In this document: positions 11,219-23,402 of the stretch, piece by piece | Layout: each line of letters begins with the position of its first letter | How positions within the stretch are numbered: the stretch's first letter is position 1 | Assembly (NCBI GenBank): GCA_965645245.1 | Contig: OZ287079.1 | Coordinates: 310,001 to 374,000, forward strand | Length of the DNA: 64,000 nucleotides | Origin: Massalongia carnosa | Taxonomy: Eukaryota | Reading direction: 5' to 3' | Notes under the pieces: generated by a model | The model's database searches: none | What the model was told of the DNA's origin: nothing | The model's input: only the letters and a program-made list of their open reading frames with translations | Program-made: the position numbers and the translations under genes

Positions 11219-14200
11219 GGTTATGAGAACCCGGATGCGTACCTGCATTATAATTACATAGTCACTACGAATATATTCTAATCAGGTAACCGACCAACCA
11301 GTCAGCGTTCCTGCGACCCCAAACAAGCAAATAGTCGACCAGCCAGTCAACTTTTGCTTCGACCCCCCACCAAACGGTGCAGACGCACCAGATCGACCAG
11401 ACCCGACCGAACCAATCATATTTCAGTACCGCAGCCATGGGATCTGATGCAAAGTATGATTATAGCTTTAAAAAGCTGACCGGTTCAACCAATTACAAGC
11501 AATGGACTCGCGACATGTCTTTTGCATTGGAGGAAGCTAAGCTATGGGACCATGTTCTAGGAACGGCTATTCCACCTCCAAGATTGGTAGCGACCACAAA
11601 TGATGATGAAGAAAGGGCCGAACGAATTTACCAGCGGTCCCTAAAAATCAAAGACTTCAACGATGACTCGCGCCGTACGGTAGCAAAAATTGGGCGAATG
11701 TGCACCGAGACCGTCCAGAAAGAATTCCTATCCAAAAACACACTCGCTAGATGGACTCCAAAAGAGCTATGGGACCACCTACAATCGCGATACACGTTAC
11801 AAAATTGGGCATCAAAATGGAATACACTCGGAAAGTTGCACTCCATCCACCAACGGGACTGCAAGAACGTGGCCGAGTTCATCAGTAAAATTATGGACAT
11901 TAATTCTGAAATAAGTGACCTAAAAATAACCATGGACGAGGCGGTCATAATTCATACCCTAAATTCATTAGACACTCAGTTCAAGTCCTACCTGGCCATC
12001 CTCAGCCATGAGTCGAGGGAGAAAGCAGAACTTCCAACACTCGAGGTCCTAGCAAAGGCCTTGGAGGATGAAGAGTTACGACTAGCCAATCAGGACAAAG
12101 CAACCGCGAACTACACGCAGAAAGGAAAGAAAGGTGGGGACTCCGGTAAAAAGAAAAAGCCGGGGGAGAACTCCAACTCCAACTCCAATAACACTTCCGA
12201 CAGCAAAGACACATATGTCTGCACCAGGTGCAAGAAAACGCATGGAAAAGGTGATTGCTGGATGGACAAAGCGGAGTGTAATGGGTGTGGTAAACGTGGC
12301 CACATCAAGAAGTTCTGTAAAAAGAACAAGACGAACCAGGAAAGTGAGGTGACCACCCCAGAGGCAACCACCAAAGGGCTATCTTGCTTTATCAGAAAGA
12401 TCATACCGATCACACCGACCAATGAGGTCGAAGAGAAGAAAGGAATGGGGGCCATTCATTTGACGTGTAAGTCAGTGGCCGCAGTCATTCCAAAACTAAA
12501 CCCCTACGTAATCATAGACTCTGGGGCCACCGACCATTTCTTCTCAAACCGAGGCTTTTTTACCACCTACACTGAGTACTACCATGAGTTCCAAACGGGC
12601 TCGGGGCAAGTTCTTCCTGCCTTCGGGTATGGTGACGTAGTCCTAAACATGGTCCAGGAGGATGGATCAATAAATGTCCTGACAGTAAAAGATGTAAGCT
12701 GGGCACCTGCCCTAGGCCACAACTTACTGAGCACCGTTCCCCTTGCAATGAAAGGTGTTGAGGTGTTCCTGAGACGTACGGATGTTCCTACTCAATTAAT
12801 TCATGAGAACAAAATCCACGGACTAGCTGACGTTATCAATCGACAATATGTTCTTCGAATTAAAAACCCGGAGATTATGCAGACGAACTTCGCAAACACT
12901 AAACCAGTAGTGAATGCAATTAAACCAACCATTGAAATTTGGCATCAAAGAATGGGCCACCTTGGTTATCGAAACATCCTCAAACTTCCACAAATAGCTG
13001 AAGGAATTGAGGTGAAAGGGCCGGTCCCAGAGGAAATTTGTGGGCCCTGCATGAAGGGTAGACAGCAACGTAAGCCGTCACGAACTCCCATGCCCCGAGC
13101 TTCAAAATTCCTGGAAGAGGTCCATAGTGATTTGGGAGGCCCATACCCGGCCTCCAGAAACGGGTTACAATACTACATATCTTTCAAAGACGATGCCACT
13201 GGAACGTACCATGTTTATCCAATGAAGCTAAAGAGCCAGGCCTTTGAGAAGGCAAAGGAATATATCGAATGGACGTCTCAGGAAACTGGCATGCAGATGG
13301 GAGCACTCCATTCGGATGGGGGAGGTGAATATGACAATGAAGCCTTTCAGGACTATCTTAAGAAACAACACATCAGATGGAAATGCAGTGCCCCATACAC
13401 ACCCGAGCAAAATGGAAAGGCCGAGCGACTGAATTATACTCTGATGAGTTCAGTTCGGTCCATCTTATCAGCGATGAAATTACCGAAGGGCCTATGGCCT
13501 GAAATCATCAAAGCAGTGTGTTATCTGAAGAACAGAAGTCCTAACACGGACGGGGTGACACCATATGAGAAACTAAACAACAAAAAGCCTAACCTCGGTC
13601 ATCTAAGAGTGTTGGATGCACGCGCTTGGGTTCATATTCCCAAGGAAAAGCGAAAGAAGCTAGACGAACGGTCCTGGCAGGGCATCCATGTGGGCTATGA
13701 AGGCACCAATCAGTACCGGATATATGACCCCTGCACAGGCAAAGTTCATGTTACTAGAGACGTAACTATTGATGAAAAGAACCTATTTGACCGGAAAGCC
13801 TACAGATCAAACGAGCTTGTTGATGACGAATGGGCACAAACAGACGATGATCAGTTCGGAAATCCAGACGATTTTGACGACGAGGGAAATAACAAACCCG
13901 AGGACTATTACACCCCTCGGTCAAATAAACCTCACCTACCTACACCCCCCGATTCTCCTCCAAACACGGAACATTCACACCAAAATTCAGTGGGAGATTC
14001 ACAACAAACAAGGCCAGAAGGGAGAAATGTCGAAGAAAATTATGGAGGGGGAAATTATGATAGTCCCTATAAGGCCGAAATTGAATCTCATACCGAAAAT
14101 GGCACGTGGGAGTTGACCGAAGCACCAAAAGACCGACGGGTAATCACCGGACGGTGGGTGTTCAAACTGAAAAAGGATCGACATGGAAATATCCTAAAAT

Positions 14201-15426
14201 ACAAAGCACGATGGGTGGTTCATGGCTACAAGCAGGAAGAAGGTCTAGACTACATCGACACCTTCGCTGCAGTAGTCAAGCCCATGTCATATAAGGCCAT
14301 GATGGGTGTAGGAGTTAAACATGGATTTACCATTCGTCATATGGATGTTGTGACCGCTTTTCTCTATGGATATCTGGATGAACTGATATTTGTCGAACAA
14401 CCTCATTTATTCAACCCGACACCGCACCTAGTTTGTAAGCTTATCAAAGCACTTTATGGACTGAAACAATCACCCCAAGTGTGGTACCAGACCCTTGTTG
14501 ATTTCCTGAAGAAACTAGGATTTCATCGCTTGGAACTTGATCATGGAGTGTTTGTTTCTGATGACAAGAAGCAATTCATAGCGATATATGTGGACGACCT
14601 ACTACTCTTTGGGGCAGACATACCCCGCCTCGAGTTCATACAAAAACAACTATCTGATCGGTTCAAAATGACGAACCTGGGTGACGTCTCTCACTATTTA
14701 GGAATGGAAATTGACGTTGACGTTGGAAAAACAATAATCCTTCGTCAAACAACCTACCTCAAAAAGGTTCTGGACCGTTTCGGAATGACCGACTGCAAGC
14801 AATCCTCCATACCAATGGATCCGGGAGTAGCAAGCTCCCTTCTACCCTCAAAACAGGTGGCGGACAAAGCCACTGTGGCCTGGTATCAGTCAGCAATTGG
14901 GTCACTGATGTGGCCAGCAGTCCACACCCGACCCGATATCTCTTATTCTGTGGGAGTCCTCAGCCGCTATTGCAGCAACCCCGGACCCACCCACATACAG
15001 CTAGTCAAACAAATCTTCCGCTATTTAGCAGGGACACTGACCATAGGACTGACATTTTCGGCTGACTCTCCGGATGAACTAATCGGATACACTGATTCTG
15101 ATTGGGCGGGGACCGTAGATGGAAGAAAGTCGACCGGTGGGTACGTTTGGATGCTTTCGGGCTGTCCAATTTCTCACCAATCAAAACAACAACCGACCGT
15201 CGCTCTGTCTTCATGCGAAGCTGAGTATATGGCGATCACTGAAGCAGGGAAGGAGGCCTTATGGTGCTCTCGCTTCCTCGAGGCCCTCGGGCACAGACGA
15301 TCTGACCAACCAGCAGACCTCCGAGCAGACAACAAGGGGGCGATTGACCTTACCGCTAACCCAGAGTTCCATAAACGAACAAAGCATATTGACGTACGAC
15401 ATCATTGGATAAGGGAAGTTGTACTA

Positions 15427-17368
15427 ATCGTGCTAGACCACTTTCGGAATGCAGAGAGCACCCCTTAGTGCTTACCGGCTCAAAGACGCTACCGGCTCAA
15501 AGACGCATTTTTCAACACCTCAACATTAAAAAAATCAGACCTTCATGAAAAGACGTCCAAATAGCTTCATTTCGGGTTTAAAATCTACTGCTCAGTCTGT
15601 TCTACTAACAGGCCCTGCCCTAGTAAAAATCGGACGTTGTCTAACTGGGTTGATGAGGCCTTTTTCCCCTTATTAGCCTCCCTTTGTTCCTTTCGTCTAG
15701 CCTTTTCTTCCTCTTTTTTTTGACGAATTGAACATAATTCTCTACATTGACTGACTTTTATGACTCCACCCTTTGCAGCTACCTGACCCCCGAGAGCGGC
15801 CCGACTTTTACGCGATGTGGTGGCTTTTTGCACTTGCTGAAGGTCCCGCGTAGTCAAATCTAGGGTGTTGGCGGAGGTGATGGAGGCCCTAATAAATTTC
15901 TGAAAACCGTCCACTGTTTTTTTATCCATCCATCCACCGATCGGCCCGGCCGCGGTCAATGCCCTTTGCAATTTGTGACCGAATTTTCTGATTGATTCGG
16001 GGCCTCGAGGGGTGCGCTCATGAAATTGAAGAGGTAGGGGGCTCGGGGTGCGGGGTTCATTCCTAATTTCCAAGGCTGCAGCTTGCTTCTGACGAATGAC
16101 GTCGAGTACCATGTTCGGATTGAATGGGACGATGCCGGTAGTCCTGAATGCATGACGAATAGTAGATGATTTGAATGTCTTGTTGCGAAATTCCTGGAAT
16201 GCGGCTAAAAATTCCAATTTTCCAAATTCCGTGTCTCCCATTCGTATCGCATGATCAATGGCCTCAGCATGATAGTGTTTGTACGGCTGAAAAACACCTA
16301 CATCTAACGGCTGAGTCAAATGAGTAGAATGTGCTGGAAGACGAAATAGAACGATCTGATTTTCAGTGGCCAGCTTCAAAAACGGAATGGTTGAATGAGA
16401 CCCAAACCCGTCGATGACTAGAAGTAGCCAAGCTCCACGTCTTTTAGTCCGTGTATGCTCGATGAAATGACGAAGCCAATCCATGGCTAAATCGTCATTT
16501 GAATAGCCGGTCTCGCTGGTCCCAATCAACGTCTCTCCGTCGAGATCGTTGTGTTGACACCATTTATGAAGAATATGAATACCCGAAAGAATAAGTAATG
16601 GTGGAATAACGTCACCGGCCGAGCTGATACACTCTACAGAAGTAATGTAGTCACGATTATCCGGATCAGTCATACGAAGAGGCTTTCGTGGGTCCAAGGT
16701 GATTACTATTTGAGCTCGTCCGCATCCAATTCGAAAGCCTGTTTCGTCCATATTCCATACATCCAGCTCCGTTATTCCCTTTTCCCTCATCACCCTTTCT
16801 AATTTGCTGAAATATTCAACCATATCGTTAACGTCGTGACTATTTTTTCGATCGACTGCGAGAGGCTTCTGTTTTCGTACATGAAGCTCGGGATTTCGAT
16901 CAAGAAATCGCTTCAGCCACTGATGACCAAGAGTACGATTCTCAAAACGAATCAGATAATTTGCAGCCCCCACGATCAATTTGGGTCGCGCACACATGTT
17001 GGCCTTGTCCAATCGCTCGATGTAGTCACGAACAGCTTGTTCTTGCTCATCCGTCAGAGCTTTGTTGGTACTAGGTCGACTGCTTTTGGAGTTGCCTCCA
17101 TTCCATCGTTTTTGAACCGTACGAGGGGCAACGTCAAAAGCTATAGCTGCAGCTCGACAATTAGTATACAAACCATCATGTAACGCGTCAATTGCACTGT
17201 CAATTCGATCCTCGATAGCTGAATATGAATTGACCATTATGTTGTTGATTGTTGACGTGTCGAAGTTGAGGTGTAAAATGTTGAAAATGCGTCTTTGAGC
17301 CGGTAGCGTCTTTGAGCCGGTAAGCACTAAGGGGTGCTCTCTGCATTCCGAAAGTGGTCTAGCACGAT
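15427..17368 (-). mobile_element. Fot1/pogo-family DNA transposon, full length (1942 bp)
   Basis: Near-perfect ~90-bp TIRs (ATCGTGCTAGACCACTTTCGG...) with an internal direct repeat TACCGGCTCAAAGACGC x2, and a TA TSD on both sides. Confidence 0.97.
15585..17237 (-). CDS. pogo/Fot1 transposase (HTH-psq, CENP-B HTH, DDE_1), about 550 aa, intact
   Basis: Open frame from MVNSYSAIEDRI, with catalytic WNMDETG, LVIDGFGSH and QPLDVGVF. The longer ORF-track start lies outside the TIR. Confidence 0.93.
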   Translation of the reverse strand: MVNSYSAIEDRIDSAIDALHDGLYTNCRAAAIAFDVAPRTVQKRWNGGNSKSSRPSTNKALTDEQEQAVRDYIERLDKANMCARPKLIVGAANYLIRFENRTLGHQWLKRFLDRNPELHVRKQKPLAVDRKNSHDVNDMVEYFSKLERVMREKGITELDVWNMDETGFRIGCGRAQIVITLDPRKPLRMTDPDNRDYITSVECISSAGDVIPPLLILSGIHILHKWCQHNDLDGETLIGTSETGYSNDDLAMDWLRHFIEHTRTKRRGAWLLLVIDGFGSHSTIPFLKLATENQIVLFRLPAHSTHLTQPLDVGVFQPYKHYHAEAIDHAIRMGDTEFGKLEFLAAFQEFRNKTFKSSTIRHAFRTTGIVPFNPNMVLDVIRQKQAAALEIRNEPRTPSPLPLQFHERTPRGPESIRKFGHKLQRALTAAGPIGGWMDKKTVDGFQKFIRASITSANTLDLTTRDLQQVQKATTSRKSRAALGGQVAAKGGVIKVSQCRELCSIRQKKEEEKARRKEQREANKGKKASSTQLDNVRFLLGQGLLVEQTEQ

Positions 17369-17543
17369 TAGACCGAAAGATAATCATCACATACATTTCA
17401 ACGAATGAAATGATAGCAGATGGGATGACAAAGCCGCTACCACCAGCAAGGTTCCAGGCCTTTAGGGCCATGATAGGCATGAGGTAGGGCAGGGCAATTT
17501 CTGAATAGCATCAACCAAGGCAGACACCATGCCTGAGTGGGAG

Positions 17544-17730
17544 TGTTGATGTTACGCTAAACATTAGCCTAACGGACAAGTGTCAGGCAGTTGGTGGCTG
17601 CTTGGCCGGAATGGGCCTAGGGTAGTTTAGCCGATGTGGGTGCTCAAAAGCACCCACGATAGAATTAATCAAAACTATTCCTTCTAAATATTCGTACATG
17701 CACTATAGTGATCAACAATTCACTTCAACA
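17544..17730 (+). repeat. 3' LTR of Copia element, immediately upstream of the NLR gene
   Basis: Direct repeat of 11032-11218, followed by the GAATA TSD. Confidence 0.95.
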
Positions 17731-17772
17731 GAATATTGTATCGCTTGCTCTTCTAGGCACTCGAACTTCGTA

Positions 17773-20700
17773 ATGATATGCAGTAAAAGCATAGTCAAGG
17801 CCACAGGCCTTAACATCTGGGTCAATGGTAAGCAGGATCACCATGAACCCAGAGTCAAGTAAGTCAAACAACGCTTGATGAAATATAAACAGAATCACTG
17901 ACGGGTGTTTAAGCATCATCGCAGTTCAAGGTCTTGGTGCTCATCCATACTATACATGGATTGGGAAGCAAGCTTCTGTCAAAGGGGCGAGATCTAAACG
18001 TCGACGGCCACTTGATCTGTTACGAGGGCGCGGGAAGAATGCTCATGCTGACGGATTCCCGGAGATTGCTCAAACGGCATCGGAGGCTGTTGAAACAATG
18101 TGGCTTCGAGACCTCCTACCGAGCTGCGTTTCACATGCTCGAATTGCGACTTATAGTTATGAGTCGGATTGGCGAAAAGCGGATGTAAAAACGAGTTTGC
18201 GCAAATGTGGCGAGCAACTGCTCAACGTTCTTTATCAATGTCGATCAAGCGAGAAAGTTAGTAGTGTTATTCTAGACATTTATCCGATTCTGCTGAGAAT
18301 CTCGGCAGGAGTGTCGACGACCGCTGATCTTTGTCGGGCACAGTCTTGGTGGATTGATCATCAAACAGGTCGGTACGGCCTCGATTCTGGCCAACTTTTT
18401 CTGCACTAAAAACTTCATAGGCGCTGGTATTAGCCAATCACGGTGACGATTTCAGTAATATTCGATTGTCTACGGCTGGGATCATTTTTCTTGGAACACC
18501 ACATCACGGAAGTGATGCTGCGCTATATGGTGTATGGCTTGCTCTAGCAGTGGGCCATGATAGAAAATTACTGGAATCCTTGAAGAAAAACAGCCATGCC
18601 CTTTATGAGATTGCGCGGGATTTTGAGACCAGCTATCGTGATGCTGATATCGTATGCTTTTATGAAAGCAAAGAGGCGTCTTATGGACCTTGGAGGACGC
18701 AGGTATGTCCGCTTTAGTCTATACGCTTGACTGACTGAGTGTGAAAGCTTATGATAGACGTAGCTCGTTGATCAGCAATCAGCCACTTTGCACGGCAGAA
18801 GAATGATTTATCTGACCACGGATCACTCAGGGTTGAACAAGTTTTATGGTCTCGAAGATGAGAACTTCTGTTTGGTGCGGCCTGAGATTCAGCGAATGGT
18901 TCGGATAGCGCCTTCAAAGATCGAGGCACGATATCGATGTAAGGGCTTTTTCTTTATATCACTCGCTACGTCCACTGAAAGCCCTCTGACCTCTCGCAAG
19001 CGCATTCTATGATCAATGAAAAAGACTTTCGCATAGGTTTCAGTCTGCGAGATATCCCTATAGTGAGCAGATTCGTGACGCGGGATGCGGAGATGAACCG
19101 ATTAAGGGATGAGTTACTGCCCAGCTCAACGAATGAAATGCGTCGCAAAGTATTCGTCCTGCATGGACTTGGCGGGATCGGGAAGACTCAGCTGTCTGTG
19201 GAATTTGCTCGGCAACATCAAACGAGCTATAGTGCGGTCTTCTGGATCGATGGCTCGACCAAGGAAAGATTGAGGCGAAGTATTGCTGACCTCGCCGGTC
19301 GATTACCACCAGATCAACTTTCCGAAAGAGCCAAAAGCTATTCACAGGAGGAGAGTTCTAATGTTGATGAAGTCGTGAAGGAGGTGCTTAAGTGGTTATC
19401 TCAGCCCTCGAACAACCAATGGTTGCTGATTTTTGACAATGTGGATCGAGAATATTCGGCTTCATCGAGCGATTCGGAAGCCTTCGATGTGAAAAAGTAT
19501 TTTCCGGAGGCAGATCACGGATCGATTCTTGTCACTTCTCGACTCGCGAGCCTATGGCGGCTAGGACCCGATATAAAACTAGAGCCGATGAATGAATTGC
19601 AAGGAGGGAGCATTCTCATGAATAGTTTCGGAAAGTCTGTTGCAGGTGAGCGTACTTCGAACGCGGCTTTATTCAGACATTATCTGACCTGTGGAGCTCA
19701 ACAGGTGGGTCAGAAATTGTCAAATTATTGCAAGGTCTTCCGTTGGCGATCAATCAAGCCGGCTCGTACATGCGAGAAACAGGCACAAACGTGTCAGAGT
19801 ACATAAAGTTGTACGATCACGCATGGAGAAGACTGATGGCGTCGCGAGAAAATGCAGATCGTAGCGTTTTGACGACGTGGACGCTATCTTTTGATCATCT
19901 CCGGGCGCAAAGTGAGGAGGCGGCGAATCTCTTACTGTTATGGGCGTTTCTTGACAACCAAGACCTTTGGTATGGCCTTCTCGCACCTGCACTAAATCAG
20001 GGAATAGTCGATAAGATGCCTGATTGGTTTGCTAAATGTGCGGGTGACGAAGTTGATTTTAAGGAGTGCATGGGACTTCTTTTGAAACACTCCTTCATTG
20101 ACGTCAAAAGCGAGTCATCGTCGTTCTCTATGCATTCTGTTTTTCATCAATGGTGTTTTCATGCGTTTGAAGCAGATAAGGCTGTTATGAGCCAGCTTGC
20201 GGTGATAGTTGTAGCATCCGCTGTGCCTTCAGAAACCACGCCTCATTATACGCTTACACAAAGACGCCTTCTGCCACATTGCGATCGTGTTTTCTTGTTC
20301 GCGCAGCAAGGCATGCAAGGAAGATTGATCAATGAGATGAATGGTCAGTGGCAAAGTGATGCAGATCATCGGCTAGGAGGTTTATACTTGGATCAAGGCA
20401 AGATGAAAGAAGCCGAAGACATGTACTTGCGGGCATTGACAGGATACGAAAAGGCATGGGGTCCTGAGCACACATCGATGCTTAATACAGTCAACAATCT
20501 GGGAAATCTGTACTCGAATCAAGGCAAGATGAAAGAAGCCCAAGACATGTACTTGCGAGCATTGACAGGAAAGGAAAAGGCCTGGGGTCCTGAGCACACA
20601 TCGACACTCGATACAGTCAACAATCTAGGAAATCTGTACAAGAATCAAGGCAAGATGAAAGAAGCCGAAGACATGTACTTGCGAGCATTGACAGGAAAGG

Positions 20701-22334
20701 AAAAGGCCTGGGGTCCTGAGCACACATCGACACTCGGTACAGTCAACAATCTGGGACTTCTGTACAAGAATCAAGGCAAGATGAAAGAAGCCGAAGATAT
20801 GTACTTGCGAGCATTGACAGGATACGAAAAGGCTCGGGGTCCTGAGCACACATCGACACTCGATATAATCAACAATCTGGGACTTCTGTACTCGGATCAA
20901 GGCAAGATGAAAGAAGCCGAAGACATGTACTTGCGAGCATTGACAGGAAAGGAAAAGGCCTGGGGTCCTGAGCACACATCGACACTCGATATAATCAACA
21001 ATCTGGGACTTCTGTACTCGGATCAAGGCAAGATGAAAGAAGCCGAAGACATGTACTTGCGAGCATTGACAGGAAAGGAAAAGGCCTGGGGTCCTGAGCA
21101 CACATCGACACTCAATACAGTCAACAATCTGGGAATTCTGTACTCGAATCAAGGCAAGATGAAAGAAGCCGAAGACATGTACTTGCGAGCATTGACAGGA
21201 AAGGAAAAGGCCTGGGGTCCTGAGCACACATCGACACTCGATATAATCAACAATCTGGGACTTCTGTACTCGGATCAAGGCAAGATGAAAGAAGCCGAAG
21301 ACATGTACTTGCGAGCATTGACAGGAAAGGAAAAGGCCTGGGGTCCTGAGCACACATCGACACTCAATACAGTCAACAATCTGGGAATTCTGTACAAGAA
21401 TCAAGGCAAGATGAAAGAAGCCGAAGACATGTACTTGCGAGCATTAACAGGATACGAAAAGGCCTGGGGTCCTGAGCACACATCGACACTCAATACAGTC
21501 AACAATCTGGGAATTCTGTACTCGAATCAAGGCAAGATGAAAGAAGCCGAAGACATGTACTTGCGAGCATTGACAGGATACGAAAAGGCCTGGGGTCCTG
21601 AGCACACATCGACACTCGATACAGTCAACAATCTGGGAAATCTGTACAAGAGTCAAGGCAAGATGAAAGAAGCCGAAGACATGTACTTGCGAGCATTGAC
21701 AGGATACGAAAAGGCCTGGGGTCCTGAGCACACATCGACACTCGATACAGTCAACAATCTGGGACTTCTGTACTCGAATCAAGGCAAGATGAAAGAAGCC
21801 GAAGACATGTACTTGCGAGCATTGACAGGATACGAAAAGGCCTGGGGTCCTGAGCACACATCGACACTCAATACAGTCAAAAATCTGGGAAATCTGTACA
21901 AGAATCAAGGCAAGATGAAAGAAGCCGAAAACATGTACTTGCGAGCATTGACAGGATACGAAAAGGCCTGGGGTCCTGAGCATACATCGACACTCGGTAC
22001 AGTCAACAATCTGGGAAATCTGTACAAGAGTCAAGGCAAGATGAAAGAAGCCGAATACATGTACTTGCGAGCATTGACAGGATACGAAAAGGCCTGGAGT
22101 CTCGACCATAAAAAGCCACTTGATACGAGATATAATTTAGCTCTTATATATATAGAAAGATCACTTTTTACGAATGCAGCACAGCACTTGGACCTTGTCA
22201 TAGAAGGCTATACTAAAATATTAGGTCCCGAACATTGGGAGACGGTCGACGCCGTAAATCAGCTAGAAAAAATAACCAAAATAATAAAAGATATAGTCAG
22301 TAACGAAGAGGTGGAGGAAGAAAGGAGTAAATGA
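17773..22334 (+). CDS. Fungal NLR: SesB-like alpha/beta hydrolase + NB-ARC + TPR array. Predicted exons 17773-17858, 17914-18256, 18309-18368, 18421-18702, 18764-18938, 19001-19645, 19705-22334
   Basis: Six GT-AG introns splice into one frame: IIAVQGLG, MWLRDLLP, FVGHSLGG, FLGTPHHGS, DHSGLNKF, P-loop GLGGIGKT, Walker B LLIFDNVD, LVTSR, GLPLAI, MHSV, then TPRs. The start codon is the least certain part. Confidence 0.9.
20367..22130 (+). repeat. Coding tandem array of 14 x 126 bp (42-aa TPR units), followed by one degenerate capping repeat
   Basis: Unit NNLGxLYxxQGKMKEAEDMYLRALTGxEKAWGPEHTSTLxxx, near-identical at DNA level. Confidence 0.97.
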
Positions 22335-23004
22335 GAGAAGACAATATAAAGTAGAGAAAAGTGAGAGCGAAATCGAAAGAAACTAGTGTGAAGGGAAGAA
22401 TAAAATGAAAGTGAGCGAATAAGAATAAATAAAAAGGAATAAACAGCACCATGAGATTATATCCAATAGCGTGCGTGTTAATGATATCAAGACATTGCTT
22501 TGATAATGGTATAGACTGACATTTATATCTCTCATATAATACTCATTATCTAGTCACTTAGATCTGGGGCGCCAGCGCGAGGCCTTTATCGTACACACGT
22601 CTATGATTTATGATTTTCTCTTGCTAACTACCGTCTCGACGACGTTGAGATTGATGAAGAAATAAAGATGAAGGTATCAGGTAGCTGTGAAGAATTAGGA
22701 CTCCTTGCTAAATGGAAAGGGTTTGGGAATTATAAATTCGGATACGAAATCAACAAGCAGAAGTCGCCGTGCAGATGAATCGCAGATTAGACCGAGGAAA
22801 TGCTAAGGTTCATAAGTATATTGATCCGTGCGGAAGGTCCAGTAAGGAGTGAATGGTGCGAATCGTAACCCATGAAGCGTTTGGGGATCAAAGAAGCCAC
22901 ATGCCAGCTCATCAACTAAAAAACATGCGATTCGATTTCATGCCTCAAATAGATTCCACGACTCATTTTGATAGTGTTAACCTCTATACGCTTATTTGAA
23001 GGCT

Positions 23005-23390
23005 GTAGATATCAGTACCCCCCTTTTGTTAGCAGTACCCCCCTCAGATGTTACCAGTACCCCCCTTCTTGTTACCAGTACCCCCCCTTACCCTTTTAGG
23101 TCAAACCCCCACCAGAAAGTGGTGAGTCATCCCCCTTACTTTCTCTGTTTAGGTGTAGCTTCTTCAAATTATCATGCACCTCTCTCAATTGCATGCACAT
23201 TGTATCAAACATCTCGCTTTATCAACCAACCAAGATGGAGCTTTTACCTCTTGATCTACCTGATCCTTATCCTTCCCTGTCGGAACTCGTCACTGCCGTC
23301 AATGTTTTCTCCGGCCCTTAAGGATACGCCGTGGTTAAGAAAATGTCAAGAAAAGGACGAAAACCAGTAAGAAGGGTGTTCAATTCGTTG
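23005..23390 (+). mobile_element. 5' fragment of a Mutator/MULE-like transposon
   Basis: Four ~20-bp subterminal repeats (CAGTACCCCCC) precede MELLPLDLPDPYPSLSELVTAVNVFSGP*GYAVVKK, a typical fungal MULE N-terminus. Confidence 0.55.
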
Positions 23391-23402
23391 ATGTTTAATT
23401 AT

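Larger units (their letters stand above)
11437..17487 (+). pseudogene. Copia gag-pol polyprotein, split in RNase H by the 15427-17368 insertion
   Basis: CCHC knuckles, IDSGAT protease, WHQRMGH, integrase D-D-E (HSDL, HSDGGGEY, NGKAER), RT YVDD. Removing the insert restores HHWIREVVLDRKIIITYISTNEMIADGMTKPL...MR*. Confidence 0.93.
11032..17730 (+). mobile_element. Ty1/Copia LTR retrotransposon, young, interrupted by a Fot1/pogo element
   Basis: 187-bp LTRs (11032-11218, 17544-17730) differ at one base. GAATA TSD, PBS-like GGTTATGAG, PPT GAGTGGGAG, and gag-PR-INT-RT-RNaseH domain order. Confidence 0.97.

Noticed and set aside
17238..17480. N-terminal extension of the 631-aa transposase ORF
   Set aside because: It runs through the TIR into antisense Copia RNase H, so it is not part of the transposon gene.
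20382..22109. Cys-rich repetitive minus-strand ORFs
   Set aside because: Antisense shadows of the TPR array.
20367..22130. CRISPR-like or DGR-like array
   Set aside because: Contiguous coding repeats without spacers, no template/variable pair and no dedicated RT. The context is eukaryotic.
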